From contig DVMH01000009.1 of the NCBI GenBank assembly GCA_018715045.1, positions 20 to 64,019 of the forward strand: a DNA stretch of 64,000 bases, read 5' to 3'. The notes below the pieces were generated by a model. The model ran no database searches. It worked only from the letters and a program-made list of their open reading frames with translations, and was not told the DNA's origin. Within the stretch, counting starts at the first letter, position 1. Each line of letters begins with the position of its first letter. This document shows, piece by piece, positions 10,017 to 19,397 of this stretch. The DNA comes from Candidatus Avidehalobacter gallistercoris (GTDB lineage Bacteria; Bacillota; Dehalobacteriia; UBA4068; UBA4997). The position numbers were made by a program, and so were the translations under genes.

Positions 10017-10928
10017 ATGGAGTATAAGACGCTTCAAATTGCGGAAAATTTTCGGGAAAATATATTATATGACAGCGACTCTCTTGCGCTTGCTGTTTGC
10101 AGCGACCATTTCGACGATTATTTGCACAGAGAATGGGGTTGTCATTGGCATGACGAATTTGAGTTTGGACTTGTTTTGCAAGGCGTTGTAGAATACACGA
10201 TTTATAATGAACACGAGCAATTGTCAGTACATAAAATCTCCGTAGGCGATGGTATTTTCCTGAATGCCGCATGCTTTCACAGTGTCAAAGGACTCGAACC
10301 GGGTACAGTGATGGCAGGCATCATCTTGCCGACTAATTTTTTTAATACAGAATCTTTTCGTACCATTTATCATCAGAATATTTACCCTATACTGGAATCG
10401 GGGACGGAATGTTTGGTTTTTGCACAAAGCAATCCGTCCAACGCTGCCATTTTGTCCGGCCTAAAAGAGTTATATGAAATAAACAGGACAGAACAAACAT
10501 ACGAACTTCGCTGCATGGAAGCTGTTTGTAAAATATTCCGCTTATTGGTAGAGCAAATAAGTGCAAACAAAAATCTGCTCACACCTATTTCAAAAAGTAC
10601 TCAGACTAAGCGCTTACAAAAGATTATGACTTTTATTCATGCACATTATGGTGAGCGCATCAGCGCAGACGATATGGCAAGAACAGCCGCTATCAGCAGA
10701 ACCGAGGTTTTTCGCTGTTTTCAGACTGTTTTAAGGAAAAAACCGATTGAATATCTTACAGAATATCGACTATCCATAGCCACCATACTGCTTGCAAGCA
10801 CAGACAGAACCCTGTTAGATATTTCTATTTCATGCGGCTTTAGCAGCGCGAGCTATTTCGGGAAAGTTTTTCGGGAGCATCATGGTATGTCCCCCAAAAA
10901 ATACAGAGACCAGCTCCGAGAAAAATAA
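10017..10928 (+). CDS. AraC family transcriptional regulator (cupin sensor + HTH)
   Basis: N-terminal cupin-like region and C-terminal ..ISADDMARTAAISRTEVFRCFQ..TDRTLLDISISCGFSSASYFGKVFREHHGMSPKKYR (two HTH units). GGAGG lies before the ATG. Divergent from the cargo operon. Confidence 0.9.
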   Translation: MEYKTLQIAENFRENILYDSDSLALAVCSDHFDDYLHREWGCHWHDEFEFGLVLQGVVEYTIYNEHEQLSVHKISVGDGIFLNAACFHSVKGLEPGTVMAGIILPTNFFNTESFRTIYHQNIYPILESGTECLVFAQSNPSNAAILSGLKELYEINRTEQTYELRCMEAVCKIFRLLVEQISANKNLLTPISKSTQTKRLQKIMTFIHAHYGERISADDMARTAAISRTEVFRCFQTVLRKKPIEYLTEYRLSIATILLASTDRTLLDISISCGFSSASYFGKVFREHHGMSPKKYRDQLREK

Positions 10929-11057
10929 ATACTTTATACTTTAATTTTTTATTAAATGATAAATGTCCTAAATCAATGCCAAGCTAACTAAATAAGTTAT
11001 CGCTTATCTTTCGAGAAATATATCGGCAAGCAATGCAATCTTCCGTAAGATTGCGTA

Positions 11058-11096
11058 TTTTAGGCAGGAAACCGTTGCCGGTATTCCTGCCTAAAA
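11058..11096. repeat. 13-bp-stem palindrome near the right edge of the island
   Basis: TTTTAGGCAGGAA / TTCCTGCCTAAAA with a 13-nt loop that is itself partly palindromic (ACCGTTGCCGGT). No T-run follows on either strand, so it is not a canonical terminator. Confidence 0.4.
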
Positions 11097-11253
11097 TGCT
11101 TGTTGGTGACGTTCTCCGCTCCGCTTCGGTCTGCGCAGGGCAGACGTCCACCGGACGTCTTGCGCCCCCAAACCCCTGAGATCATCGCCTGCGGCGATGG
11201 CTGCGCGTTCCGTTGAAACGCTAAAAAATCGAATCCTAATATTTTGCCAACAT

Positions 11254-11304
11254 AAAAAATGCTATGCAATCGGCGAACCTTTTGCATAGCATTTTTTGTT
11301 TTTT
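11254..11304. terminator. bidirectional rho-independent terminator (rny side; would also serve putP in an empty site)
   Basis: ATGCTATGCAA (11259-11269) / TTGCATAGCAT (11282-11292), with an A-run upstream and a T-run downstream. Confidence 0.6.
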
Positions 11305-11391
11305 CGTTTACCTGGCATAAATCATAAGTTTTTGTAATATTTCCTTATGAGTTGCTGCCTTTTGCAGACGCTCTTTTAATTTACCTATAGT

Positions 11392-12936
11392 TTACTTGGC
11401 ATAATCGGTAACCCTAGTTTCACGGATCAACACTACCTTGATTTGGCCGGGATAATCAAGCTCGGCCTCAATACGCTTGGCAATCTCGCGTACCATGACC
11501 TCTGCCCGATTCTCCGAAACCTTATCCGGCTTCAACATGATACGCAACTCACGTCCAGCTTGAATTGCATACGCACTCTCCACGCCCTCAAAATCGTTGG
11601 CAATGGATTCCAGCTTCTCCATGCGCTTGATGTAGGATTCCAGCGTATCGCGCCGAGCGCCTGGACGAGCCGCCGAAATGGCATCCGCCGCCTGCACAAG
11701 CGCAGCCTCCACTGATTCGGCCTCCACGTCGCCGTGATGAGCCAGAATACAATGAACGACCTGTTTGCTCTCGCGGTATTTTTTTGCAATATCCGCACCA
11801 ATTTCAACGTGAGGTCCTTCCACCTCGTGATCCAGCGCCTTGCCGATATCATGCAGCAAACCGGCGCGTTTTGCCAGCGCCACGTCCACGCCTAACTCCG
11901 CTGCCATCACACCTGCCAAATGTGAAACCTCGATCGAGTGCTTCAACACGTTCTGGCCATAGCTGGTACGGTAATGCAAACGGCCTAGCAGTTTTACGAT
12001 TTCCGGGTGCAGGCCGTGAACGTTGGTTTCCAGAACTGCCTGTTCACCCTCCTGGCGTATTTTTTGCTCGACCTCTTTTTTAGCCTTTTCTACCATTTCT
12101 TCAATGCGCGCAGGATGAATACGTCCGTCTACAATCAGCTTGCCTAAAGCGATACGGGCAATCTCGCGGCGCACCGGATCGAAGCCGGAAAGGATTACGG
12201 CCTCAGGAGTATCGTCAATGATCAGGTCGATACCCGTCAAATTCTCAAGCGTGCGGATATTGCGACCCTCGCGCCCAATGATACGGCCTTTCATCTCATC
12301 GTTAGGAAGAGCCACCACTGACACGGTGCTTTCGGCCACATGGTCAGCAGCTACCCGCTGAATAGCCTCGGTAATAATTTCTCTGGCTTTGGCCTCGCCT
12401 TGATCCTTGGCCTCGGCTTCCATCTCACGGATCATGGCAGCCATATCAACCTGAACCTCTTTATTGACGTCGGCTAACAGTTTTTCCTTCGCCTGCTCAG
12501 CAGTCAAACCGGAGATACGCTCCAGCTCAGCCATCTGCTGCTGCTCCATATCCGCAAGCTTATTGCGCATAGCGTCCAGCTCGCTATCCTTAGCTTGAAG
12601 CCTGCTTTCTTTACGTTCAATACCCTCCAGCTTTTTGTCCAGAGAATCTTCCTTTTGCAACAGACGCTGTTCCATCTGATTCAGCTCGTGCCGACGCGAT
12701 TTCTGCTCGCGTTCGGCGTCGTTGCGCATTTTAAAGATCTCGTCCTTGGCCTCCAGCATGGCCTCTTTTTTTAAGGATTCCGCCTCTTTAGCAGCGTCGT
12801 CCAGCAGCTTTTCTGCTGTGTCTTTAGCCGAGCCCAACTTAGCCTCGGAAAGCTTGCGGTAAATAACCGAACCGGCAAAATAACCGATCAGCAGGCCAGC
12901 TACCAGCAGCACCACGTTAATTATAACGTCCTCCAA
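11392..12936 (-). CDS. rny: ribonuclease Y
   Basis: N-terminal TM segment, coiled coil, KH domain ([12 protein letters not shown]) and HD domain (LLHDIGK..HH). TTG start with GGAGGTG 7 nt upstream. Confidence 0.95.
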   Translation of the reverse strand: MEDVIINVVLLVAGLLIGYFAGSVIYRKLSEAKLGSAKDTAEKLLDDAAKEAESLKKEAMLEAKDEIFKMRNDAEREQKSRRHELNQMEQRLLQKEDSLDKKLEGIERKESRLQAKDSELDAMRNKLADMEQQQMAELERISGLTAEQAKEKLLADVNKEVQVDMAAMIREMEAEAKDQGEAKAREIITEAIQRVAADHVAESTVSVVALPNDEMKGRIIGREGRNIRTLENLTGIDLIIDDTPEAVILSGFDPVRREIARIALGKLIVDGRIHPARIEEMVEKAKKEVEQKIRQEGEQAVLETNVHGLHPEIVKLLGRLHYRTSYGQNVLKHSIEVSHLAGVMAAELGVDVALAKRAGLLHDIGKALDHEVEGPHVEIGADIAKKYRESKQVVHCILAHHGDVEAESVEAALVQAADAISAARPGARRDTLESYIKRMEKLESIANDFEGVESAYAIQAGRELRIMLKPDKVSENRAEVMVREIAKRIEAELDYPGQIKVVLIRETRVTDYAK

Positions 12937-13279
12937 AATTTTTCACCTCCTCGTTTCACAAAATGTGTCAATGTAAAAGTTACAAAAAAATAGCCCGGAA
13001 AACTCCGAGCTTTTAGAATAAACTTACATTTTGGCATAGCACAGGCAGGAGCAATTTCGGCGCGCAGAGCATAAATTAAGCCCACACAACCGTCCAAGCA
13101 TTGTTCTGTTACGCAAACAACCAAATATAGTGAAGCCTGCAAAGTACAGGCCGCAAAAATATCCGTAAAGTAAGCCGAACGCATACAGCGAAATGACAAC
13201 ACCAAGCGCCAGCCAGGAAAATGTAATGATATATTCTAAAAGCCATAAAAATTGCTGAAATTTCTACGACTACATATAC

Positions 13280-13308
13280 ATTGTATAATCTCACAGACAG
13301 CTTGTCAA
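13280..13308 (-). promoter_or_regulatory. sigma-A type promoter (TTGACA-17-TACAAT) upstream of rny
   Basis: Minus strand reads TTGACA (13308-13303), 17-nt spacer, TACAAT (13285-13280). Implies a roughly 335-nt leader. Confidence 0.45.
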
Positions 13309-13361
13309 GCGTTTGCTCCGAATAAACTGATAATTTTGCGGCCAAGACAAGTGTTTTAGGC

Positions 13362-13898
13362 CTAAAATACCTGATTTTTACGGCAAAAGGCGGCAATTTT
13401 GCCCACAGCTTGCTCCAATGTATAATTATCGAGGTTTACCGCCAAAGCAGCGCTCTCATGATACTGCGGCGCGCGCTCGTTCAAGATACGCTGCACATCG
13501 TCCACAGTGGCCTGCTTGGGCAGAAAAAGCCGATTCTGCTTCCGCCGCATACGTCGCAGTATCGTTTCCGCCCCGGCGGAAAGCCAGATAACCACCCCCA
13601 GTTCCCTCCAAAGCTCAACTTCTCTGTCGCTAGGAATAAGCGCACCGCCAGCCGCGATGACCAATCCGGATTTACCACATTGCTTGGCCAAAAGCAGTTC
13701 CTGCTCTGCATAAAAGCGGATTTTGCCATAACGGCGGTATATCTCACTGAGCTTCAAGCCACATATAGCTTCCAGCTCCGCGTCCAAATCCACAAATTCA
13801 TATTGCAGCTCCTCGGCCAGCAACCTTCCTACCGCTGTTTTGCCAACACCCATCATACCGATTAACACAATATTCGCCGCGTTTGTTTGTTCCGTCAT
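13362..13898 (-). CDS. aroK: shikimate kinase
   Basis: IVLIGMMGVGKTAVGRLLAEELQYEFVDLD Walker A region and a length near 178 aa are typical of AroK. Confidence 0.85.
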   Translation of the reverse strand: MTEQTNAANIVLIGMMGVGKTAVGRLLAEELQYEFVDLDAELEAICGLKLSEIYRRYGKIRFYAEQELLLAKQCGKSGLVIAAGGALIPSDREVELWRELGVVIWLSAGAETILRRMRRKQNRLFLPKQATVDDVQRILNERAPQYHESAALAVNLDNYTLEQAVGKIAAFCRKNQVF

Positions 13899-13990
13899 AT
13901 GTCAACACGCTCCAAATTCCTAAAATGTAAATGTCAATAAACCAAACTGCTAAAACATATGCCAAAAGTCTGCTGAATATCACTAAAAAA

Positions 13991-14014
13991 CGGAGCAGCC
14001 ATTCGGCTGCCCCG
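13991..14014 (-). terminator. rho-independent terminator after the mtnP-like gene
   Basis: CGGAGCAGCC / GGCTGCCCCG stem (9 of 10 bp) with a 4-nt loop. The flanking A-run and T-run make it usable in both directions. Confidence 0.6.
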
Positions 14015-14033
14015 TTCTTTTTCGTTATGGTGT

Positions 14034-14771
14034 TTAATAAGCACAAACCAGTTGCAACAAAATTTTGGCCAGCTGTGCGGTATTTTGTGCCATCACCGCA
14101 CGCACCTCGTCGTCTGATACAGCGGAAGCCAGCCCGCAACAGAAGTTAGTCACCAGCGCCAGTGAGCCATATTTCAAGCCCAGTTCATTAGCCAGCGTAA
14201 CTTCCGGCACTCCTGTCATGCCGGAAACTGTGCCGCCAAGTTTGGCATAAGCGCGAATCTCGGCGCGGGTCTCAAAACGCGGCCCCTGCACACAGACATA
14301 AATTCCATCTTTCACCAGCGGCACCCCAGCTTTATCTGCCGCTGCAGCGATAACCTCCTGCCAGTTCCTGTCATAGCAATTGGTCATATCGGTATGCTGA
14401 AGCCCTGCTTCGCCCCCGGTAAAGAACGTATGCTCACGGCCATAGGTGAAATCGAGAAAATCATCCACCAGCACAATGCTGCCCGGCGGAACTTCTTTAA
14501 GCAGCGAGCCTACGGCGTTCACCGCGATGATTTTGTCCACGCCCAAACTTTGTAGCGCCCAGATGTTGGCGCGATAGTTAATCTTATGCGGCGGAATTGT
14601 GTGGTTTTTAGCATGACGCGGCAAAAAAACAACCGGCTTGCGCCCCGCAGGAGCCGCCACCTCACCAACAAACACGGTGGCTGTGCCATACGGCGTATAC
14701 ACCTGCTTTTCCTGCTGGTTTTCCAGCGCTTCCCAGTTATAAAAGCCCGTTCCGGCAATCAAACCCAGCAT
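14034..14771 (-). CDS. mtnP: S-methyl-5'-thioadenosine phosphorylase / purine nucleoside phosphorylase family
   Basis: ORF 14034..14900 trimmed to ATG 14771, which lies 2 nt past the ftsY stop. MLGLIAGTGFY..VFLPRHAKNHTIPPHKINYRANIWAL..GPRFETRAEI..MTGVPE are MTAP family motifs. Confidence 0.85.
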   Translation of the reverse strand: MLGLIAGTGFYNWEALENQQEKQVYTPYGTATVFVGEVAAPAGRKPVVFLPRHAKNHTIPPHKINYRANIWALQSLGVDKIIAVNAVGSLLKEVPPGSIVLVDDFLDFTYGREHTFFTGGEAGLQHTDMTNCYDRNWQEVIAAAADKAGVPLVKDGIYVCVQGPRFETRAEIRAYAKLGGTVSGMTGVPEVTLANELGLKYGSLALVTNFCCGLASAVSDDEVRAVMAQNTAQLAKILLQLVCAY

Positions 14772-14772
14772 A

Positions 14773-15753
14773 TTAATCACCATCCCTGTTAGACACAACA
14801 TCGTAATTGCTGGCCTCGGAGTTATCGTCCGCAAAAAGCGCTGCGGCAAAATCTGAGGCCACAAACTCGCGCAGATCCTCAATACCCTCCCCAACACCAA
14901 TCATTTTGACCGGCAGGTTCAGCTCATTAGTGATACCGATAACCACGCCGCCCTTGGCTGTACCGTCCAGTTTAGTGAGTATAATGCCAGAAAGCGGCAC
15001 CACCTCGCCGAACAGCTTAGCCTGACTGATAGCGTTCTGACCAGTACCCGCATCCAGAACCAGCAACACCTCCACATTAGCGTCCGGCGCTTCACGCTCG
15101 ATAATACGATTGATTTTTTTCAGTTCCTCCATCAGATTGGTCTTATTTTGCAGGCGGCCAGCCGTATCAACAATAAGTATATTGCAGCTGCGGGAAACCG
15201 CGGCACGGCATGCGTCAAATACGACCGCCCCAGGATCAGAACCACCGGCCTGCCGGATAACATCGACCCCGGCGCGCTCACCCCATGCACAAAGCTGTTC
15301 GATAGCTGCAGCGCGGAAAGTATCGGCGGCTGCCAAAAGCACCTTATGGCCGATCATGTGATAATAATTAGCCATCTTGCCGATAGTTGTCGTCTTACCG
15401 GCGCCGTTCACGCCCACCACCAGAATGATGTTCAGACGCCCGCCTTTCAACAGAAAACGATTCTTGTTTTCACCATCCTCCGAGCCTTTAAGGATTTTTA
15501 CGATCTCATCCTGAAGCGCCAGCCGCAATTCCGCCACATCATGGATATGCTCTTTCTTCTCACGGACGCGAAGGCGCTCAGTCAGTTCAATGGAGGTCTG
15601 CACGCCGACATCCGCCTGTATCAGAGTTTCCTCCAAATCCTCGTAAAAATCCTCGTCAATTTTGCGCCCCAGCGAAAAAACAGAAGCCATTTTGCTATTG
15701 AAATCGTCACGCGTTTTGGCCAGACCTTGTTTAAGCTTATCAAAAAAACCCAT
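14773..15753 (-). CDS. ftsY: signal recognition particle receptor FtsY
   Basis: GVNGAGKTTTIGK (G1), DTAGRL (G3), TKLDGTAKGG (G4). Confidence 0.95.
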   Translation of the reverse strand: MGFFDKLKQGLAKTRDDFNSKMASVFSLGRKIDEDFYEDLEETLIQADVGVQTSIELTERLRVREKKEHIHDVAELRLALQDEIVKILKGSEDGENKNRFLLKGGRLNIILVVGVNGAGKTTTIGKMANYYHMIGHKVLLAAADTFRAAAIEQLCAWGERAGVDVIRQAGGSDPGAVVFDACRAAVSRSCNILIVDTAGRLQNKTNLMEELKKINRIIEREAPDANVEVLLVLDAGTGQNAISQAKLFGEVVPLSGIILTKLDGTAKGGVVIGITNELNLPVKMIGVGEGIEDLREFVASDFAAALFADDNSEASNYDVVSNRDGD

Positions 15754-15768
15754 ATCGCCAACCCCCTG

Positions 15769-18700
15769 TCAGGAAATATATTGCTGCATATCATCGGATA
15801 GCTTCACCGAAACCAACCGCGATATGCCATTTTTCTCCATAGTCACGCCCCAAAGGCGATCCGCCGCCTCCATCGTGCCCTGCCGGTGCGTCACTACCAC
15901 AAACTGAGTTTTATCCTTAAACGCCTTGATATATTCGGCAAAGCGATCCACATTGGCTTCATCCAGTGCCGCGTCCACCTCATCCAAAATACAGAACGGG
16001 CTGGGCTTCACCTGAAATATTGCCAGCACCAGCGCTACGCCGATCAGCGATTTTTCACCGCCGGAAAGCAGGTTGTAGTTGATCAGCTTTTTGCCGGGCG
16101 GCTGCACCATCATTTCTACGCCGCTTTGCAGTACGTCGTCCGGTTCAATAAGCCGCAACTGTGCAGTTCCGCCGCCGAAAAGCTGGTGAAAAGTTTGGGC
16201 AAAATGCTCGTTCACCTGTCCGAACGTCTCATTGAAACGCTTGCTCATGATCATGTCCATCTCACGGATAATGCCGTTCAGCGACTCACGAGCAGCGAGC
16301 AAATCTTCCCGCTGCACCATAAGAAACTCATGCCGCTCACGTACCTTCTTATATTCTTCAATTGCCTCTATATTTACGCTGCCCAGAGCTGCAATGCGCC
16401 CACGCAGTTCTTTCACACTACGCGCCAACTCCATGCGGGAAACGGATGCGTCCAGATACGGCAATGCTGCCTCAAAGCTCAAATTAAAGCCCTCTAAAAG
16501 CTTCTGGCTATGTGCATCTTCTTCGGTCTGCAAGCGCGCTTCGCGCACCTCCAGCAGGTGTATCTCCTGGGTGGACGCCGCAGTGGCTTTTGCCTGTTCC
16601 GCAGCCTCCTGCTGCAAATCCTCGCACTGCTGTTTCAGCACTGCGCAGTCGTTAGTCTGCCCGATCAGCCTATCCTCTGCTGCCGCAATTTCTGCCGCCA
16701 AACGCTGCTCGTCCACTTGCTTCCCACGCAGTTTCTCAGTCAACACGGCTGCCTCTTGCTTAAGAGCTGCCTGCGCCTGCTGCTTAGCCGCCTGTTCCTC
16801 AAACAAATTGCTCTTAGCAGAGGTTAAACGCTGCACCTCGGCCAAAAGTGTCTGATAGTTCTGGCGCTTGGTAAGCTCTGTCAGACGCGACTGTTCCAGC
16901 ACTGTACGCGCCTGCTCCAAATCCGCCGAAGCTACCTGCTCCCTGGCTTGCAGATCACTGAGCGCGGCATTGGCCTTTTGACTCAATTTATCCCAGTTTG
17001 CAATCTCCTCTGCCAATTCAGCCTTCCGCTTGGTCAGACGCTCCTGTTCACGAGCATTTTCCGCCAGACTGCGTTCTAATCTCTCCAGCTGCGCGCCCTT
17101 ATCAGCACGGCCATCCCGCAAGTGGCCGATATCTTTGACCTTGTCAAGATAGCTCAACTCGTATTCGCGCTCCCTGGTCTGCAATACTTCACGTTTAGAT
17201 TGCAGCGCAGCGCATTCTTTCTCAAGCTCCGCTATCTCTCGCTGCTGCTGTTCGCCCGCCGCTTTCAGATTAGCAACATTCTTTTTCAGTTCAGACAGTT
17301 GATTTTTTTTCTGCAAAAGGTCGCCGGTGTTCTTCTGACGGCTGCCGCCGGTAATAGAACCGCCGGGAGCAATCGTGTCGCCCGCCAGCGTCACAATACG
17401 CAACTGCTGCTTAAACTCTCGAGCCACCGCCGTTGCAGTGTCTAAATCGTCCACCAGCAAAATGTTAGCAAAAATAAAATCAATTGCGGGGCGCACCGCC
17501 TCGTCGCAACGGATAACCTCAGAGCAGCGGCCGATAACACCGGAGTAAGAAAGAGCCTTATCTACTTCCGGCTTCTGACGTAAACGAAGATTGTCCAGCG
17601 GCAAAAATGTAGCCCGACCCAGTTTTTCGCGCTTCAAATAAGCCACACAATCGCGTGCGGCCTGGTCGTTAGCTACCACGATATTTTGCAGATTTGCCCC
17701 AGCAGCGGCTTCCAGCGCCGCGCTGTACTTCATGTCAGATTCGATCAGATCCAGTACAACGCCTGAAACACCAGCAACTCCTTTAACGCCCTGCTCCACC
17801 GCCCGCAAAATGGAGCGCACTCCGGGATAAAATCCGCTTTTGTTATCGGCCATTTCGCTTAAAACCTTAAGCCTGGATTCCTCACTGTTCAGCTTCAGGC
17901 GTATTGCCACGCCCTCCTCACCTGCAGCTACCAGACGCTTTTCCAACGCGTCAAGCCGGTCGCTTTCTACGGCCAAATCAGCTTTTGCCTGCTCCCGCAG
18001 GGCGGAAACCTTGTCAATTTCAGCCTGCATAGCGGCAATTTGCTGCTCATATGCCAGGCTGCCGTCTTCGATAGCCTTCTTTTCATGCTGCATACCGGTT
18101 GCTGCCGCCGCATTTTCTTTCTCTGCCCTGGTAAGAAAAACCAGCTCGTTCTTTGTGTTGACCAGCTGGCTGGCATTATCAAAAATCTCCTGCCGCACTT
18201 CCTCGCGCTCGGCAGTCAATTCCTCCAAACGCTCACGTCTATCAGCAAAATCAGACTCCAGCCCCGCGATAGTCTGCTCCAACGCGGCCAGTTCCACCGC
18301 TGCCAAATCCTTGTCGTTGTTCAGACGGTTAACTTCTGCCACAAAGCCATCATCGCGAGTCAAAAGCATCTCTAATTCATTTTGCAAGCGATTAATGCCG
18401 CTTTCGGCAGTATGCAGCTTCTCCCGCAACAGATCTCCCTCAGCATGAGCCTGCTCTCGTGCCGATTTAAGCTCAAAAAGCTTCTGTCTGGCTGCTGTGA
18501 GATTTTCCTCAGCCTGATCTGCAGCCAGCCGTATTTCGGCCAGCGCCGATTCGGCTTTTAGCCTCGCCGCCTCGCTCGCCTCGTTACAATCACGTTTTTC
18601 CGCAAGTTCTGCCGCTACCTTAGCCAGATTTTCCTTATTCTCGGCCAGATTTTGCAGCAACAGGTTGATCTCACGGCCGTCCGCCAGCTCTTTCAGGCTT

Positions 18701-19347
18701 AAGAATTCCTCCGCCTTGGCGCTCTGCGCTGCAAGCGGCTCAAGCCTGTCCGCCAGTCCGCTGATAATATCCCAAATGCGGGTCAGATTCTCTTCAGTGT
18801 CAGTTAGTTTCCGTTCGGCGGTGCGCTTGCGGGTACGGTATTTGACAATGCCTGCGGCTTCCTCCAGAAGCTGCCGCCGTTCGTCCGGTCTCATATCCAC
18901 CACCTGCTGAATCCGCCCCTGCCCGATCAACGCCAGAGAATTGCTGCTGATACCGCTGTCCATAAAAAGCTCGCGGATATCCGTAAGCCTGCAGACCTGC
19001 CCGTTCAGCAGATATTCGCTCTCGCCGCTTCGATACGCCCGGCGACATACTGTGACCTCACTGAACTCCACTGGCAAGGCCCCGTCAGAATTGTCAATAT
19101 TCAGCACAACTTCCGCCATGCCGAGAGACTTAAGCTTATCAGTTCCGGCAAATATAACATCTTCCATCTTATTGCCGCGCAAAACGCGGGCACTCTGCTC
19201 GCCCAACACCCAGCGCACCGCGTCTGCAATGTTGGATTTGCCGCTGCCGTTTGGCCCCACAATACAGGAAATGCCATCGTTCAGTTTCACCACCGTACGC
19301 TCGTTAAAAGACTTGAAACCAGCCAGCTCGATACTTTTCAAATACAT
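15769..19347 (-). CDS. smc: chromosome segregation protein SMC
   Basis: 1192 aa. N-terminal GPNGSGKSNIADAVRWVLGEQS, long coiled coils, hinge, and C-terminal LSGGEKSLIGVALVLAIF and ILDEVDAALD. Confidence 0.95.
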   Translation of the reverse strand: MYLKSIELAGFKSFNERTVVKLNDGISCIVGPNGSGKSNIADAVRWVLGEQSARVLRGNKMEDVIFAGTDKLKSLGMAEVVLNIDNSDGALPVEFSEVTVCRRAYRSGESEYLLNGQVCRLTDIRELFMDSGISSNSLALIGQGRIQQVVDMRPDERRQLLEEAAGIVKYRTRKRTAERKLTDTEENLTRIWDIISGLADRLEPLAAQSAKAEEFLSLKELADGREINLLLQNLAENKENLAKVAAELAEKRDCNEASEAARLKAESALAEIRLAADQAEENLTAARQKLFELKSAREQAHAEGDLLREKLHTAESGINRLQNELEMLLTRDDGFVAEVNRLNNDKDLAAVELAALEQTIAGLESDFADRRERLEELTAEREEVRQEIFDNASQLVNTKNELVFLTRAEKENAAAATGMQHEKKAIEDGSLAYEQQIAAMQAEIDKVSALREQAKADLAVESDRLDALEKRLVAAGEEGVAIRLKLNSEESRLKVLSEMADNKSGFYPGVRSILRAVEQGVKGVAGVSGVVLDLIESDMKYSAALEAAAGANLQNIVVANDQAARDCVAYLKREKLGRATFLPLDNLRLRQKPEVDKALSYSGVIGRCSEVIRCDEAVRPAIDFIFANILLVDDLDTATAVAREFKQQLRIVTLAGDTIAPGGSITGGSRQKNTGDLLQKKNQLSELKKNVANLKAAGEQQQREIAELEKECAALQSKREVLQTREREYELSYLDKVKDIGHLRDGRADKGAQLERLERSLAENAREQERLTKRKAELAEEIANWDKLSQKANAALSDLQAREQVASADLEQARTVLEQSRLTELTKRQNYQTLLAEVQRLTSAKSNLFEEQAAKQQAQAALKQEAAVLTEKLRGKQVDEQRLAAEIAAAEDRLIGQTNDCAVLKQQCEDLQQEAAEQAKATAASTQEIHLLEVREARLQTEEDAHSQKLLEGFNLSFEAALPYLDASVSRMELARSVKELRGRIAALGSVNIEAIEEYKKVRERHEFLMVQREDLLAARESLNGIIREMDMIMSKRFNETFGQVNEHFAQTFHQLFGGGTAQLRLIEPDDVLQSGVEMMVQPPGKKLINYNLLSGGEKSLIGVALVLAIFQVKPSPFCILDEVDAALDEANVDRFAEYIKAFKDKTQFVVVTHRQGTMEAADRLWGVTMEKNGISRLVSVKLSDDMQQYIS

Positions 19348-19397
19348 ATAAAAACCCCAATCGGCATCCGCACTGCTGAAAATTATCGCTTATCAGT

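Noticed and set aside
11229-11236. TCGAATCC resembling a tRNA T-arm, considered as a possible tRNA-derived att site
   Set aside because: The flanking sequence cannot form acceptor, D or anticodon arms, and serine recombinases do not typically target tRNA genes.
11060-11287. 75-aa minus-strand ORF over the island/rny junction
   Set aside because: It spans hairpins and a terminator, has no SD and gives an R/G/P-rich translation; treated as non-coding structured DNA.
12921-13396. 94-aa and 95-aa minus-strand ORFs between rny and aroK
   Set aside because: One overlaps the rny start and the other overlaps the aroK 3' end. Both are Cys/Leu-rich with no SD. The region is treated as the rny leader; only the hydrophobic start-less frame is mentioned as a finding.
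15886-19351. Series of 100-210-aa plus-strand ORFs antisense to smc
   Set aside because: Typical antisense open frames of a coiled-coil gene (S/A/L/R-rich translations); smc is unambiguous on the minus strand.
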